This document shows positions 35,854 to 36,702 of a stretch of DNA of 36,702 bases, in pieces (positions within the stretch are counted from its first letter, which is position 1; each line of letters begins with the position of its first letter). The stretch is from the NCBI RefSeq assembly GCF_001194135.2, contig NC_068982.1:23412316-23449017 (forward strand), read 5' to 3'. The stretch is from Octopus bimaculoides (Eukaryota). The notes below the pieces were generated by a model. It searched no databases and had not been told where the DNA came from. It saw nothing but the letters and a program-made list of their open reading frames with translations. The translations under genes were made by a program, and so were the position numbers.

Positions 35854-35947
35854 ATGGTCTTAGACGAACGAGGAGGTTTTCTCGTCTTTGACCTGCGGCC
35901 AGTCAACATCTATCTGCACCGCTATGATATGTGCGGACTAACAGAAT
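35854..35947 (+). CDS. Candidate first coding exon of an unidentified gene continuing beyond the window: MVLDERGGFLVFDLRPVNIYLHRYDMCGLTE
   Basis: Acceptor ctctatgctttaatttag|C at 35853 is followed directly by ATG. Only this frame is open; the donor is AAT|GTAAGT (GT at 35948-49). GC- and CpG-richer than the flanks. No homology recognised. Confidence 0.45.
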
Positions 35948-36659
35948 GTAAGTTGTCTTTATTCCGAACCATACAGACACACGTATTTATATATATGTAT
36001 TTATAACTACAGAGACGATTGTATGTCGGATGTATGTCTAAAATACAATGCCCACTCTATATCCAATAAATTTTAGTTTACAATATATACTGCTAAGTTG
36101 TCATGTAACAGCCTCAAGCCTGCTTATCGGAGTAGTTGTACACCTTCTGTGTTGAGCTCATGTTATTTGACGTACCTCAAGAATATATCCGGACAAGAAA
36201 AACAAATTTGAGACACAAAGATGCACAAAGATCTAGCATTTCGTTATATATATGTACGTATGTGTGTGTTTGCATGAGCATGTATGTGTGTGTAATTGTG
36301 TGTTTGTTTGTATGTAAAACTGTGTGTATATGCGTGCGACTGCATATGTGTGTGTAAATGAGCGGGTGTATGCATTTTCATGTATGAGACTAATTCTGTT
36401 CGATTGTGTGTGTATATGTGTAGCAACACGAGAGAAAGTAATTGATTTATCGACAAGTGTGTGTGCGTAACCCACTCTCAAAAATATTATGAACCTGCTT
36501 TTCTTCTAAATAACTAATGATCTATTTTTCTATGCTTTTTATAGTTAGCAACCTATTATTAATTACAATATTTATTTTTAGCGTTAGACAAACACTAACC
36601 ATTATATATAAATATATATATAAATATAAATATATACATACATAGATATATATATATAT

Positions 36660-36702
<43 letters not shown>

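Overview
AT-rich, microsatellite-dense eukaryotic DNA from a gapped draft assembly: seven N-gaps, nearly all flanked by TA/GA/CA repeats. The SINE families look like those of Octopus; this is recognition from memory, not a database search. Most of the window is intergenic or intronic and filled with decayed transposons: two mariner relics, four R4/Dong-like (RLE) LINE pieces each beside (TAA)n-type tracts, a CR1-like 3' fragment, a Penelope GIY-YIG fragment with a hammerhead-like motif, and seven tRNA-derived SINE copies or fragments. No intact multi-exon gene can be supported, and almost all ORFs in the supplied track are repeat or N-gap artefacts. The most unusual structure is at 34.0-35.9 kb. 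There, ~305-bp inverted repeats each keep a CCAAT box and a TATA box facing outward, and they flank a 460-bp spacer carrying a TGTCACGTGACA palindrome and a strong splice donor. To the right lie a foldable type-I hammerhead ribozyme motif and an ATG-initiated, splice-bounded candidate coding exon. Scattered exon-like and decayed coding-like segments (9.2, 14-23 and 16.7-17.9 kb) are low-confidence.
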